The notes: a model not told the origin generated them from the letters alone. Positions 27,399 to 38,053 are shown, counted from the stretch's first letter. The stretch: DNA of 64,000 bases from Phorcysia thermohydrogeniphila (GCF_004339575.1 NZ_SMFV01000001.1:175119-239118); one strand, 5' to 3'. Made by a program: numbers and translations.

Positions 27399-29087
27399 AT
27401 GCTTACAGTCCTTTTCATAGTGGCCATCCTCCTATTTGGGCTGGCCTTCTTCACCTACGGTAGGTTCTTAAGGGATAAAGTCTTTAACCTTAACGATAAG
27501 AACAAAACCCCAGCCCACACGATGAAGGACGGAGTTGACTACGTCCCAGCTCCAGCGCCGGTTCTTTTAGGACACCACTTTTCTTCTATTGCAGGTGCAG
27601 GGCCTATTCTTGGCCCAATCAACGCAGCAACCTCTTGGGGATGGCTACCTGCCTACCTCTGGATAATAATCGGAAACATCTTCTTTGGTGGCGTTCACGA
27701 TATGAGCGCCCTCATTGCCTCCATTCGCAACAAGGCAAGGTCAATTGCAGAGATAGGAAGCACATACCTTTCAAAAAGGGCAGGCTTCATCTTTAAGCTC
27801 CTCATATGGCTTGCCCTTCTATACGTTATCGCCGTCTTCATAAACGTTGCCCAAATGACCTTTAACGCAAAGATGCCGGTAGTGGAAAACGGCCAGATTG
27901 TTAAGGAAATCCCCATCGGTGGGGGCGTTGCAACCTCTGCCATTATCTACATCGTTTTGGCAATAATCTTTGGTTTTCTCGTCTACCACTTTAAAAAGAG
28001 CCTTAAGCTTGCAACCCTCATCTTTGTCATCCTTGTCTACGGAGCTGTTTACGTTGGACAGCTCTTTCCCATAAACCTTTCAGCAAACGCTTGGAACATC
28101 ATTCTTCTCCTCTACGTTGCGATAGCCTCCGTTACGCCGGTCTGGATTCTCCTTCAGCCGAGGGACTACCTATCAAGCTTCCTCCTCTACGGCGCAGTTA
28201 TAGGAGCGGGAATTGGAATACTCCTCTCTTTTGGGAAGGTTGAATCTAACCTTCCGGCCTTCATAGGATTTTTTAGCTCCCACAACGAGCCCCTAATTCC
28301 CTTACTCTTTGTAGTTATAGCCTGTGGCTCTATCTCAGGATTTCACTCCCTCGTAGGCTCTGGAACAACGTCTAAACAACTTGACAAGGAAAGCGACGCC
28401 CTAACCGTTGGCTACGGTGCAATGCTCCTTGAGGGAGTTGTAGCCGTTATGTCAGTGATATTCGTGATGGCACTAACAACGACAGAGCTTGAGGCCCTCA
28501 GGAAGAGCTCCAACATAGGCGCTATCTACGGCGCAGGAATCGGGCGCTTTATGAACTTCCTTGGAATTCCCGAAACCGTCGGGATGGCCTTCGGTATGCT
28601 CGCCCTTTCTTCCTTCATCCTAACGAGCACAGATACGGGAACGCGCCTTGCCCGTTACGTATTTACAGAACTCACAGGGATTAAAAACCGCTTTATAGCC
28701 ACCGGAGCGTCCCTCATTATCCCTGCGCTCCTCGTCTTCCTCAAGTACAAAGAACCCCTCCCAAACGGAGAGGTCAAGGTTCTACCCGTATGGAAGGCAC
28801 TGTGGCCGGTCTTTGGAGCTACAAACCAGCTCATAGCAGCCTTAGCCCTGTTTGTGGTTATGATATGGCTGATAAAGACCGGAAAAGGACGCTACTGGTT
28901 CATACCGGGAGTTCCTGCTTTCTTTATGGCAGTGATTACTCTCTGGTCACTTGTTATGCTATTTATTAAGTGGAAATTCAGCGTAATAGGCATAGCTGCT
29001 CTAATTCAGGTAGTTTTAGCGACTTGGATATTCTACGAGGGAGCTCTAGCACTCAAGAAGTTACAGGAGGAAAGGCATGGAAGCTAA
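27399..29087 (+). CDS. cstA: Carbon starvation protein A (CstA family peptide/pyruvate transporter)
   Basis: RBS GGAGG. CstA family blocks (PAHTMKDGVDYVPA, GHHFSSIAGAGPI.GP). ~16 TM helices. Confidence 0.9.
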   Translation: MLTVLFIVAILLFGLAFFTYGRFLRDKVFNLNDKNKTPAHTMKDGVDYVPAPAPVLLGHHFSSIAGAGPILGPINAATSWGWLPAYLWIIIGNIFFGGVHDMSALIASIRNKARSIAEIGSTYLSKRAGFIFKLLIWLALLYVIAVFINVAQMTFNAKMPVVENGQIVKEIPIGGGVATSAIIYIVLAIIFGFLVYHFKKSLKLATLIFVILVYGAVYVGQLFPINLSANAWNIILLLYVAIASVTPVWILLQPRDYLSSFLLYGAVIGAGIGILLSFGKVESNLPAFIGFFSSHNEPLIPLLFVVIACGSISGFHSLVGSGTTSKQLDKESDALTVGYGAMLLEGVVAVMSVIFVMALTTTELEALRKSSNIGAIYGAGIGRFMNFLGIPETVGMAFGMLALSSFILTSTDTGTRLARYVFTELTGIKNRFIATGASLIIPALLVFLKYKEPLPNGEVKVLPVWKALWPVFGATNQLIAALALFVVMIWLIKTGKGRYWFIPGVPAFFMAVITLWSLVMLFIKWKFSVIGIAALIQVVLATWIFYEGALALKKLQEERHGS

Positions 29088-29418
29088 AAGCTTTGGAGAG
29101 AAGGTTTACTTTGTTGCAAACGGAATAAGGCTTCACATCAAAGAATTTTTCCTCAGGCTAACCGGGCTGTTTAACAGGTACGACTACTGCATATCCTTCC
29201 CTTCCGTTCCTGAAGGTTTAAAAGCAGAAAAGTACATTAAAGGCTTCAAAGCTGTTTCCGTGCCAATTCCCGACGAGATATTTGAAGGGTGTGGAGTTGG
29301 AATCCTCGTTAAGGCAGAGGACAAGGACAGGCTACTCAAACACTTTAAGGAAAACGGCATTCTCGTTTCCGGAGTCTTTAAGAGAACAGGCAACTCCTTT
29401 GTAGAGGTGAAAGAGTGA
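29077..29418 (+). CDS. DUF3343-family small protein (putative S/Se-carrier-like)
   Basis: The CISFPSVPEGLKAEKYIKGFKAVSVPIPDEIFEGCGVGILVKAED pattern fits the DUF3343 consensus as remembered. Overlaps the cstA stop. Confidence 0.5.
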   Translation: MEAKSFGEKVYFVANGIRLHIKEFFLRLTGLFNRYDYCISFPSVPEGLKAEKYIKGFKAVSVPIPDEIFEGCGVGILVKAEDKDRLLKHFKENGILVSGVFKRTGNSFVEVKE

Positions 29419-30395
29419 AGCTCTCCATCCTCGGTTCAGGAAGCTGGGGCTCTGCTTTAGCTGTCCACTTTGGCAGGAACGGCTTTTCTGTTATCCAGTG
29501 GTGTAGAGAGCCAGAAATCTCTGAGGAGATTAACAAAAAAAGAGAAAACAGCGTCTTCCTTGAAGGGGTTACCTACCCAGAAAGCGTAAGGGCTACAAAC
29601 TCCCCCCAAGAGGCAATCGGAGAAGCCGACGTAGTTTTATCGGTCATACCCACCCAGTTCACGGCAGATTTCTGGAAAAAGCACGAAGAACTGCTAAGGG
29701 GAAAACCACTCATATGTGCAAGCAAAGGAATAGACGTTAAAAGCCTAAAAACGCTCTCCCAGATATACTTCCAAATCTTTGGAGCTTGTGAGAACTACTT
29801 TGTCCTTTCAGGCCCAACCTTTGCAAAAGAGATAGCCTCCGGCCTCCCTGCAGCAGCCGTTATCGCAGGGATAGAGGAGGAAAAGACCCTACAGCTCGTA
29901 AAGGCCTTAAATACGAAGACCTTTCGCTTTTACGCCTCAGGCGACGTCTTAGGAGTGGAGCTTGGGGGAGCTCTAAAGAACGTCATTGCCATAGCAACGG
30001 GAATTGCCGACGGAATGGGGCTTGGGAACAACGCAAGGGCTGCCCTCATAACGAGGGGACTCCACGAGATAAGGCGACTCGGAAAAGCTATGGGAGCTAA
30101 GGAGGAGACCTTTTACGGCCTCTCAGGGGTCGGGGACTTAGTCCTAACGTGCACGGGTAACCTCTCCCGTAACAGACAGTTTGGTCTCTCTATCGGTAGG
30201 GGAGAGGGAAAGGTTGACGAAAAGTACGTCGTTGAAGGGGTCTACACAGTCAAGGCAGTCCACCAGCTTTCAAGGAAACTGAAAGTTGAGATGCCAATTA
30301 GCGAGGCGGTCTATAAAGTAATATATGAAGGGAGGAAGCCGGTAGAGGTTATGGAGGAGCTCCTCTCAAGACCCGTAAAGGAGGAAAACTGCTAA
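29415..30395 (+). CDS. gpsA: NAD(P)H-dependent glycerol-3-phosphate dehydrogenase
   Basis: GTG start. N-terminal ILGSGSWGSALA Rossmann motif and GpsA core blocks (GALKNVIAIA, GDLVLTCT). Confidence 0.9.
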   Translation: MKLSILGSGSWGSALAVHFGRNGFSVIQWCREPEISEEINKKRENSVFLEGVTYPESVRATNSPQEAIGEADVVLSVIPTQFTADFWKKHEELLRGKPLICASKGIDVKSLKTLSQIYFQIFGACENYFVLSGPTFAKEIASGLPAAAVIAGIEEEKTLQLVKALNTKTFRFYASGDVLGVELGGALKNVIAIATGIADGMGLGNNARAALITRGLHEIRRLGKAMGAKEETFYGLSGVGDLVLTCTGNLSRNRQFGLSIGRGEGKVDEKYVVEGVYTVKAVHQLSRKLKVEMPISEAVYKVIYEGRKPVEVMEELLSRPVKEENC

Positions 30396-30841
30396 TGGGC
30401 TGTTACGACCCAGAAAGGGACGACGACTTTCTACACCTCACACGCTTTGCAGAGGGAAGAATTCCCTCCTGTAGCATCAGGGACTTCTCAATCCCAAGCT
30501 TGAAAGAAGAAATAGAAAAAAAGCTCCTCAAGTTTAAGAACGCCCTAAGTGGCGAAGAAGAAAGGAAGCTAGAGTCAATAGTGTCAATAAACCAAAGAGT
30601 TGATTTTTCCTCAGAAAAAGCCCTCAGCTACAGGTTTCTCTTAGAAAACTACCTTTTTCCCTTCCTAAAACGCCTCGTCGTTTACAGGGTAAACGAACCT
30701 GAAGGGTTAAAGGAGCTCCTACTCCTCATTGACGTAATAGAAAAGGAGCTCTCCATCTCACCGATAAACACAAAAAACACAGAAGAGAGAATAGAAAGAG
30801 CCTTTGACGTCCTCATCTCCCACCTCTACCAGCACCTTTAA
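30395..30841 (+). CDS. Hypothetical protein
   Basis: 148-aa ORF coupled (ATGA-like overlap) to gpsA. No recognisable motif. Confidence 0.4.
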   Translation: MGCYDPERDDDFLHLTRFAEGRIPSCSIRDFSIPSLKEEIEKKLLKFKNALSGEEERKLESIVSINQRVDFSSEKALSYRFLLENYLFPFLKRLVVYRVNEPEGLKELLLLIDVIEKELSISPINTKNTEERIERAFDVLISHLYQHL

Positions 30842-30892
30842 AAGGGCGTATGGTAGAATCCTCTGGGTATCACCTTTGAAGGAGGAGAGGAA

Positions 30893-31597
30893 ATGATTGA
30901 ACGCTACATAGAAGACCTTGATGAGCTGAAGAGAAATTTCATTGAAATGGCAGATATGTCCAAAAAAATAATAAACGAGGCTATGGAAGCCCTGATTGAA
31001 AGGGACACAGAAAAGGCAGAGATAACCTACCAGTACGACAGGCTCATAGATTTAAAGGAGCTTGAGATTGAAGAAAAGTGCGTTAGAGTTCTTGCCCTTT
31101 ACTCTCCAGAGGCCACAGACCTAAGGTTCGTCGTCTCAATCCTAAAGAGTATAGTTGATCTTGAGAGGGTTGGAGACCTTGCAAGGGACATATGCGAGAC
31201 GGCAATTCACCTTGCAAAGCACCCTCCACTAAAGCCCTACGTTGACCTTCCGAGGATGCTCCAGATAGTAAGCGAGATGTTAAAAGACGCCGTAATGGCC
31301 CTCCTTCGTGGGGACACAGAGCTTGCAAAGGAAGTTATAGACAAGGACGACATAGTTGACAGCTTCTACGACAGGCTCTTTGAGGAGCTTGTGGAGATTG
31401 CAGAGAAGAACCCTGAGCACGGAAGCTTAGCCGTAAGGTTAATCCTCGTAGTTAAGTCCCTTGAGAGGGTCGGCGACCACGCAACGAACATCGCCGAGTA
31501 TGCCATATATTATAAGACGGGCGACGTCGTGAAACACAAGAAAGCCCAAGAGTACCTTAAGAAGCTGAAGGAGAAAGAGAATGGAGAGGAGAGGTAG
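30893..31597 (+). CDS. phoU: Phosphate-uptake regulator PhoU (two PhoU repeats)
   Basis: Duplicated ...DLERVGDLARDI... / ...SLERVGDHATNIAE... PhoU repeat signatures. Confidence 0.85.
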   Translation: MIERYIEDLDELKRNFIEMADMSKKIINEAMEALIERDTEKAEITYQYDRLIDLKELEIEEKCVRVLALYSPEATDLRFVVSILKSIVDLERVGDLARDICETAIHLAKHPPLKPYVDLPRMLQIVSEMLKDAVMALLRGDTELAKEVIDKDDIVDSFYDRLFEELVEIAEKNPEHGSLAVRLILVVKSLERVGDHATNIAEYAIYYKTGDVVKHKKAQEYLKKLKEKENGEER

Positions 31598-32420
31598 AGC
31601 TCCCGTCCTAATCGTCCTCCTGCTGGCTGTAGTCGCCATAGCCTTAACCCGCTCCCTCCACGTTATTGACGCCGGAGAGGTAGGAGTAAAGTTAAGGCTT
31701 GGAAAGGTGGACAAGGAGGAGCTCTACCCCGGTGTTCACATTGTTCTACCTTGGATTGAGAGCGTCGTAATCTTTTCAACCCGTGTTGAAAAAATAGACA
31801 TGACGACAAAAACGAGAAACCCAATTACAGCTTTAAGTATAGAAGGACTCCCCGTAAGGCTTGACGTAACAGTCCTTTATAGAATCGTTCCACAGAAGGC
31901 AGATGAAATTTACAAGAACTACGGAGTGGACTTTGCCGAAAAGGTAATCATCTCAATAGTGAGGGAAACTGTAAGGAACGTCATAGCTCGCTACAAGATA
32001 GAGGACCTCTACTCAACAAAAAGGGCAGAGCTCCAAAAGACCATTTACGACGAGCTCAAAAAGAGGCTACTCACAGCCCACATTCAGGTTGTAGACCTTC
32101 TTTTAAGGGACGTTAGGCTTCCTAAGAAGGTAGTTGAGAAGATAGAGGAGAAGTTAAGGGCAAAGGAAGAAGCTGAAAAGATGAAGTTTGTCATAGAGAA
32201 AGAAAGGCTTGAGGCAGAGAGGAAGATAACAGAGGCAAGGGGAATCGCCGAGTCAAACAGGATTATTGCAAACTCCCTCTCTGAAAAGTATCTCCAGTGG
32301 TACTACCTCCAGACCCTCAAAGAGCTTGCAAACAGCCCCAACAACACATTTGTAATTACCCCTTACGACAACAAACTAATCCCTATGTTAAACGTAAATA
32401 AAGGTAATGGAACTAAGTAA
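31581..32420 (+). CDS. SPFH/band-7 (prohibitin/HflC-like) membrane protein
   Basis: N-terminal TM, band-7 core (GEVGVKLRLGKV...) and a C-terminal coiled-coil region with an EAEK... repeat. Confidence 0.8.
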   Translation: MERRGRAPVLIVLLLAVVAIALTRSLHVIDAGEVGVKLRLGKVDKEELYPGVHIVLPWIESVVIFSTRVEKIDMTTKTRNPITALSIEGLPVRLDVTVLYRIVPQKADEIYKNYGVDFAEKVIISIVRETVRNVIARYKIEDLYSTKRAELQKTIYDELKKRLLTAHIQVVDLLLRDVRLPKKVVEKIEEKLRAKEEAEKMKFVIEKERLEAERKITEARGIAESNRIIANSLSEKYLQWYYLQTLKELANSPNNTFVITPYDNKLIPMLNVNKGNGTK

Positions 32421-33210
32421 TCCCCTTACCTACCTTCAGTACGGCTTCGGGATTAAAGCCCTTATATCGGCCATTCTTACCGGTATTACCTGCTCTGCCG
32501 CAGGCACTTACGTAATCCTCAGGAAGATGGCCTTTATAGGGGCAGGGCTTGCCCACGTTGCCTTTGCCGGCGTGACTTTCGGGCTCATGCTTGGAAGTTC
32601 CCCTCTTTTGTGGGCTTTCCTCTTTTCAGCCGTTGCAGGAACAGCCCTGTGGTATTTAAGCACCAAAAAGGCCATTCACTACGATGTAACCATAGGAGTT
32701 CTCTTTGCAACGAGTATGGGACTTGCCGTTATCTTTTTAAGCTTTTCAAAAAGTTACGGTTCAGAGGCCCTCTCCTACCTCTTTGGCAGTCCATTGAGCG
32801 TTGAAACTGTAGACCTTTTCCTCTTGGCCTTGGCGACTATCCTTACCTTCTCCTTTTACTTCTTCTTCTGGAGGGACATCTACCTAATAACCTTTAGTCA
32901 GGATATAGCTAAAGCTTCCGGATACAAGGTGGAGCTCCTAACCTTCACAGCCTCCTGTCTCATATCCTTAGTCGTAACCCTCTCAATTAAAGCAGTTGGG
33001 GCTCTCTTAGTATTTTCCCTCCTTGTTATGCCGGCAGCGTCAGCCTACAGGTTCTCAAGGAGTTACGGGGAGTTTTTCCTCCTCTCCGTCGTTTTTGGTT
33101 TTATTACTTCACTCTTGGGGATTCTCCTATCCTTTACACTTGACGTCCCCTCCGGAGCAGCGATAACCCTTATTTCTTTTTTGATTTTCCTCCTCTCAGC
33201 AGTTAAATAG
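32407..33210 (+). CDS. ABC-3 family metal (Zn/Mn) ABC transporter permease
   Basis: 8-TM protein with ZnuB/MntB-like conserved blocks (ILTGITCSAAGTYVILRKMAFIGAGLAH). Confidence 0.75.
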   Translation: MELSNPLTYLQYGFGIKALISAILTGITCSAAGTYVILRKMAFIGAGLAHVAFAGVTFGLMLGSSPLLWAFLFSAVAGTALWYLSTKKAIHYDVTIGVLFATSMGLAVIFLSFSKSYGSEALSYLFGSPLSVETVDLFLLALATILTFSFYFFFWRDIYLITFSQDIAKASGYKVELLTFTASCLISLVVTLSIKAVGALLVFSLLVMPAASAYRFSRSYGEFFLLSVVFGFITSLLGILLSFTLDVPSGAAITLISFLIFLLSAVK

Positions 33211-33236
33211 GAAAAGAGGAGCTCGGGAGAGCTCCC

Positions 33237-33815
33237 TTATCCCTTAATCGCCTTTAGAACCTCCCTTACTCTCTTACCAACGCTCCTTGCAGTCTGGAGT
33301 CCCCACTCGTCAATCTTAAACTCGCCGTCAACTTGCTTTGCAACAGCAGCCCCCCCAAAGTGGGCAGTGGGGTCTGAGTCTGCAACGAGAATCATTCCGT
33401 GAATTAGAGCCCACGCGTGAATTGCCTGTAAGGTATGCTCCTGTCCTCCGTGCTGCGTAGCTCCAACGGTTATTGCTGCACACACCTTGTCCTTTAACTC
33501 CCAGTTAACCCTTAAAGTTCTTGACCTGTCAAAGAGGGTTTTTAGCATTCCGGTTATTGAGCCAAAGTAAACGGGAGAACCAACGATAATGGCGTCGGCC
33601 TCTTTCATTTTTTTCTCTATCTCCTGATAGCCGTCGTTAACAATGCAGATACCTCCGTTCTTCTTGCAGGCGTTACAGACCTTACAGTACTCAAGTTTGT
33701 AGTCGCAGAGAGAAATAACCTCCGTCTCAAACTCAGAGAGCTCCTTTAAAGCCTCCTCTAACAGAATAAGAGTTGACCCTTTCCTATGGGAACCGTTTAT
33801 TGCAAGAACTTTCAT
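33237..33815 (-). CDS. NADPH-dependent FMN reductase / iron-sulfur flavoprotein (Isf) family
   Basis: Flavodoxin-like MKVLAINGSHRKGST start plus the compact Cys cluster CDYKLEYCKVCNACKKNGGIC typical of Isf-type flavoproteins. Confidence 0.7.
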   Translation of the reverse strand: MKVLAINGSHRKGSTLILLEEALKELSEFETEVISLCDYKLEYCKVCNACKKNGGICIVNDGYQEIEKKMKEADAIIVGSPVYFGSITGMLKTLFDRSRTLRVNWELKDKVCAAITVGATQHGGQEHTLQAIHAWALIHGMILVADSDPTAHFGGAAVAKQVDGEFKIDEWGLQTARSVGKRVREVLKAIKG

Positions 33816-34195
33816 TCTTTCTCCTCCTTTAACTTCTTAATAAATCCCGGCTTGACCTTAGCAATTATATCCGAAGGGGAAGCTGAAAGAACCTTTACAT
33901 TCTCAAATCCTTCACTCACAAGGTAAGAGTAGGCCAAGGTAGCCCTCACTTTTTCTGGACAGAAAGTAACTATAAGCTTGTCCTTAGGTAGTCTCTCCAA
34001 ATTTTCCGGAAGTTTGTAGAGAGGAATGTTTATTCCAAAGCCGACTTTAAAGAGCTCTACCTCCTCTTCAAACCTGACGTCAAGCAGTATAGCCTCGCCC
34101 TTTTTCCAGAGCTCCAAAAAGGCGTCAAGCCCTATCTTAGGTCCCCCAGCTGCGAAAAAGTCAAGATCCATTTGCTTTATGCGTTCCCTCAACAT
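33812..34195 (-). CDS. Rhodanese-domain sulfurtransferase
   Basis: Single rhodanese fold with active-site loop FCPEKVRAT. Confidence 0.7.
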   Translation of the reverse strand: MLRERIKQMDLDFFAAGGPKIGLDAFLELWKKGEAILLDVRFEEEVELFKVGFGINIPLYKLPENLERLPKDKLIVTFCPEKVRATLAYSYLVSEGFENVKVLSASPSDIIAKVKPGFIKKLKEEKE

Positions 34196-34217
34196 TCCAT
34201 CCTCCTTTCTTTATATT

Positions 34218-34961
34218 CTATATTAAGAATTTTAGCAAAAGTTTTACCCCAAACAAGAAGAAGATAATTCCCAAGAGTTTTTTAACCAGAGACGCACTGA
34301 GGTAACTATGACTAAGGTATGCCGCTAAGTATCCAGAAATAACAGCAGGAACTCCCGCAAATAGCACAACCTTCCAGTCAACGCTACCCATCTTCCAGTA
34401 GGTTAAAAAACCTATAAAAGAAGAAAAAGGAACTGCAAAGGCGGTAACAGCTGCAACCTTCTTAGGGTTAAACCCCGCTACTATCAACAAGGGAGATATT
34501 AGAGCTCCCCCTCCAACTCCCAAAAACCCAGAAACAAATCCTGCAAGAGAGCCGACAAAAAGAGGAAAGATGGGGGAGGAGCTCTCCCTGTTACCTCCCT
34601 TCTTCGGTATGTAAATCATAACTCCGGCAAAGAAAAGAAACAGTGCGAAGGCTAACCCAACTAACCTCTCCGGAACAAAGTGAGAAAAGTAAGCTCCCAA
34701 GGGAGAAAAGAGCATAGACGCCACAACTATTGGAAGGGCAAACTTAATATCCACGAGTCCCTTTTTAAGGTTATGAAGAGTAGCAGATAAGGTAGAAAGG
34801 ACGTTGGTAAAAAGTCCTGCAGACCTTGCTAAATGGAAAGGAACACCTAAGAACACCAAAATTGGAATGAGAGCAACAGCAGAGCCAAGCCCTCCAAGGC
34901 CAAAGATAAAGGAGACAAAAAAAGAAATTAACGATATTTCTAAATAGTCTCCTACTACCAC
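34218..34961 (-). CDS. TauE/SafE (DUF81) family sulfite-exporter-like membrane protein
   Basis: Two-repeat 4+4 TM architecture with Gly-rich helices (GLGGLGSA..; GVGGGALISPLL). Confidence 0.75.
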   Translation of the reverse strand: MVVGDYLEISLISFFVSFIFGLGGLGSAVALIPILVFLGVPFHLARSAGLFTNVLSTLSATLHNLKKGLVDIKFALPIVVASMLFSPLGAYFSHFVPERLVGLAFALFLFFAGVMIYIPKKGGNRESSSPIFPLFVGSLAGFVSGFLGVGGGALISPLLIVAGFNPKKVAAVTAFAVPFSSFIGFLTYWKMGSVDWKVVLFAGVPAVISGYLAAYLSHSYLSASLVKKLLGIIFFLFGVKLLLKFLI

Positions 34962-34975
34962 TTCCTTGTCTCTTG

Positions 34976-35749
34976 TTACTCTTCAGCTACTACGTAGTTT
35001 ATCAGCGTCCCTATACCCTCTATCTCAATTTCAACCCTATCCCCTGCACTTAAAGGACCAACCCCCGGAGGAGTACCAGTAGCTATAACATCTCCGGGAA
35101 GGAGTGTCATTACCTGTGAAATAAAAGAAACGAGCTCAAAAGGAGAGAAAATCATATCGGCAGTATTTCCCTCCTGCTTTACTTCACCGTTTACTCTGGT
35201 TACGATTTTGAGATTCATAGGGTCAATATCCGTTACAAGCCAAGGACCATAAGGTGCAAAAGTGTCAAAGGACTTAGCACGGGTATACTGAACGTCTTTC
35301 TGCTGTAAATCTCTGGCCGTTACATCGTTAAAGCAAGAATATCCAAGAATGTAGTCCTTAGCCTCTTCCGGGGAAACCTTCCTACACCTTTTCCCGATAA
35401 CAATCGCCAGCTCTCCTTCGTAGTCCACCCTCTCTGACATTTGGGGCAGGACAATTCTCATTTTGTTCGCAATAACGGCCGTTGATGGCTTCATAAAGAG
35501 AAGTGGCTCTTCCGGTAAAGGTTTCCCCATCTCTTCTGCATGTGCCTTGTAATTAAGGCCAACAGCAACTATCTTCGTAGGCCTCGTCGGGGACAGGAAC
35601 TTAACGTCTCTAAAGGACAAAACTTCATCTGTAGGAGTAATACTCTCCATAAGTTCAGATACTCTGGTTTCTTTTAAGGGCACTATTTCTCTACCCCTTA
35701 TAAGGCCAAAAATTGTTCTCTCCCCAGCTTTAAACCTACCTATTTTCAA
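34976..35749 (-). CDS. Fumarylacetoacetate hydrolase (FAH) family protein
   Basis: FAH-fold blocks (...[11 protein letters not shown]..., metal-binding E/D positions). 257 aa. Confidence 0.8.
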   Translation of the reverse strand: MKIGRFKAGERTIFGLIRGREIVPLKETRVSELMESITPTDEVLSFRDVKFLSPTRPTKIVAVGLNYKAHAEEMGKPLPEEPLLFMKPSTAVIANKMRIVLPQMSERVDYEGELAIVIGKRCRKVSPEEAKDYILGYSCFNDVTARDLQQKDVQYTRAKSFDTFAPYGPWLVTDIDPMNLKIVTRVNGEVKQEGNTADMIFSPFELVSFISQVMTLLPGDVIATGTPPGVGPLSAGDRVEIEIEGIGTLINYVVAEE

Positions 35750-35770
35750 TATCTTCCCTCCCTAAGGTTT

Positions 35771-36601
35771 TCAGAAAACGGCAACACCGTACATCCTACC
35801 TGATACCTCTATTCTATCACCATCCGTTACTCTGACAGAAGTCGGAGCAAGAACTGTAAGGTTGACTTCTTCCGAAAATAGTCCAACAGAGTAAAGAGAT
35901 TTCCCCAAAACGCTTACTTTCCTGACAGAAGTTACTATGCCTATGATGGAGTAAAGGTTTTGAGTAGAGAGTATGCAGGTATCAAAGAGCTCCTCCGGAC
36001 GAGTTCTAAACTCCGCCAAGAGCCTTTCTGTTTCTCTCTCCCCGAGCTCCCTTTCAAGCTTTTCGGTAGCCTTTTCGTTCCCCCTAACTGCAAGTTTCAG
36101 AATTTCTCTGTTCTCATCGGCTATTTGGTCAAAGTGAACCGAAGGAGGTAACCTCTTAAGAGAAGTAGCGTAGAGCGTCAAAATGACATCTTGCTCGTGG
36201 GGAGTTCTTTCGGGAAGCTCGCAGAGGTTACACAGCTCAAAGTAGAAACTGCTACCTGAAGAGACCTCAACAGCCTCAACAAGAAGCGAAAATTCTTCCA
36301 AGGAATGAATCTTAAAGTTAAAGTCCTCAAAGGTGAAAAGGCTTCCGCCGCGGTACGCTAAATAACAGCCGAGGGAGAGTTCCTCCTTCCTTGAAAAGAG
36401 AGACCTTAAGTCCTTTCTCAGAAGATAGTGGTAGACGCTAAAAAGCTCGTTAACAGCCAAGCAGTTACAGACTAGTTTCTCTTGAGTATCTAAAAGGTCT
36501 TCAAATACAAAGTGTTTTACTTCTACTTCCTTTCCCCTTTCCTTAGCTTCTTCGCAAGGTTCTTCAGCAGTTAGACTCAGGATACTGAAACTATCGTCCA
36601 T
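35771..36601 (-). CDS. Hypothetical protein with a possible C-terminal OB-fold
   Basis: 276-aa ORF, acidic N-terminus. The C-terminal ~60 aa look like a beta-rich OB-fold. No family recognised. Confidence 0.4.
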   Translation of the reverse strand: MDDSFSILSLTAEEPCEEAKERGKEVEVKHFVFEDLLDTQEKLVCNCLAVNELFSVYHYLLRKDLRSLFSRKEELSLGCYLAYRGGSLFTFEDFNFKIHSLEEFSLLVEAVEVSSGSSFYFELCNLCELPERTPHEQDVILTLYATSLKRLPPSVHFDQIADENREILKLAVRGNEKATEKLERELGERETERLLAEFRTRPEELFDTCILSTQNLYSIIGIVTSVRKVSVLGKSLYSVGLFSEEVNLTVLAPTSVRVTDGDRIEVSGRMYGVAVF

Positions 36602-36610
36602 CCAATCTCC

Positions 36611-36645
36611 CCATAAAGTTAAAAAGGGGGAGTGGAGCTCCCCCT
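36611..36645 (-). terminator. Rho-independent terminator downstream of ndk
   Basis: On the minus strand: AGGGGGAG-CUCCA-CUCCCCCU hairpin (8-bp stem) 4 nt after the ndk stop, followed by UUUUUAACUUU. Confidence 0.55.
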
Positions 36646-36648
36646 CCT

Positions 36649-37074
36649 TTACTGCTCGTGAATCTCAAGCTGATTAAAGAAGAAAGGAATCTCATAAGCA
36701 GCAGACTCAGGAGAGTCGGATGCATGAACGGCGTTCCTTCCTACGTCAGTTCCGTACTTCTTCCTGATTGTACCCTCAGCAGCCTTAGCCGGGTCTGTAG
36801 CACCTATGATTTCCCTTACCCTTGCAATAGCGTTCTCTCCCTCAAGAACCATAGGAACACAAGGACCAGAGGACATAAAGTCTGTAAGCTCATCGTAGAA
36901 AGGCCTATCCTTGTGAACGATGTAGAACTTCTTGGCCTGTTCCTTTGTAAGGTGAACCATCTTTATCGCAAGGAGTTTCAGGTCGTTCTCCTGAAAAATC
37001 CTGATGATGTCCCCTACTGCGTTCTTCTTCACAGCGTCAGGCTTGATAATTACAAGAGTCCTCTCAACAGCCAT
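36649..37074 (-). CDS. ndk: Nucleoside diphosphate kinase
   Basis: Canonical Ndk sequence (ERTLVIIKPD..., NAVHASDS active-site His). Confidence 0.95.
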   Translation of the reverse strand: MAVERTLVIIKPDAVKKNAVGDIIRIFQENDLKLLAIKMVHLTKEQAKKFYIVHKDRPFYDELTDFMSSGPCVPMVLEGENAIARVREIIGATDPAKAAEGTIRKKYGTDVGRNAVHASDSPESAAYEIPFFFNQLEIHEQ

Positions 37075-37253
37075 TACTTCCCTCCAACCTTGAAATTTGA
37101 CCTGAATTATACCTTAATCTATCTACCCACTACAAACAGCATAAGGTACTCTTTACGCCACTTATTATCGGTTTTAATCCTATTTCTGTTAGACCCTTTC
37201 TTTTTTCCTTAAACAGTGAATCTATTGGACAGTAGAATTTTGGACAGCGCAAG

Positions 37254-37967
37254 CTAAAATAGGGATTTATCGGAATTTGTTGGTTTCCCGTTACAGGCGT
37301 TTTGTATCCCTTTCCTTATTTTCTGCAAATAGTTGTGGGCGAGGCGGGTTGGTTCTGGGAGTTTGTATTTTGTAACAAGGGAATTTACTAATGGAATAAC
37401 TTCTTCAAAGGTTATTAAATTACCGGGAGATACGTAAACGGGCTTTACGTTGTTTTTTGTTCTTAAGACAAAGCCAATTAGTTCTTGTGTTTTAGGGTCT
37501 ACGATTTTCTCGTAACATCCTTTCTCTTTACAGGGCTCTTTGAACTTGCCGTAGAGGGGTTTTTTGGCACAGCCTACGGTTGGGACTTTTTCTACTATGC
37601 CAAAGTGGGTAGCTATTCCAAGCCTCCTTGGGTGAGCTATTCCGTGGCCGTCTACGATTACAACGTCCGGTTTGTTTTTTAACTTTCTAAAGGTTTTAAC
37701 AAGGAGAGGAATCTCCCTAAAGGCCAGAAAGCCGGGATAGTAGGGAATTTTTATCTCTAAGACTTCCCACTGAACTTCTACGAGGGAGAGCTCCGGCCAC
37801 TTCAAAACTACAAAAGCTCCTATCCCGAGGGTTGGAGTTTTATAAGGGTCAAGGAAAGTAAGGTCGCAGCCAGCAACGAGTTTAGGTTCTTTTTTAAGGG
37901 GGTTAAGCTCTATTTTCTTTCGGAGTTCTTTTTGTGCCCTCTTAGCCTTAGAGAGGTTAAACTTCAA
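37254..37967 (-). CDS. nfi: Endonuclease V (deoxyinosine 3' endonuclease)
   Basis: VAGCDLTF..., FREIPLL, VDGHGIAHPRRLGIATHFG motifs of EndoV. Confidence 0.85.
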   Translation of the reverse strand: MKFNLSKAKRAQKELRKKIELNPLKKEPKLVAGCDLTFLDPYKTPTLGIGAFVVLKWPELSLVEVQWEVLEIKIPYYPGFLAFREIPLLVKTFRKLKNKPDVVIVDGHGIAHPRRLGIATHFGIVEKVPTVGCAKKPLYGKFKEPCKEKGCYEKIVDPKTQELIGFVLRTKNNVKPVYVSPGNLITFEEVIPLVNSLVTKYKLPEPTRLAHNYLQKIRKGIQNACNGKPTNSDKSLF

Positions 37968-38053
37968 TAATTCCTCCTATTTCTTTTTTAGGAAATCTAA
38001 TTCAGATATTTTGCCAAAGAACAGCAAGGACTTTCATGAAGTATTATATAAAG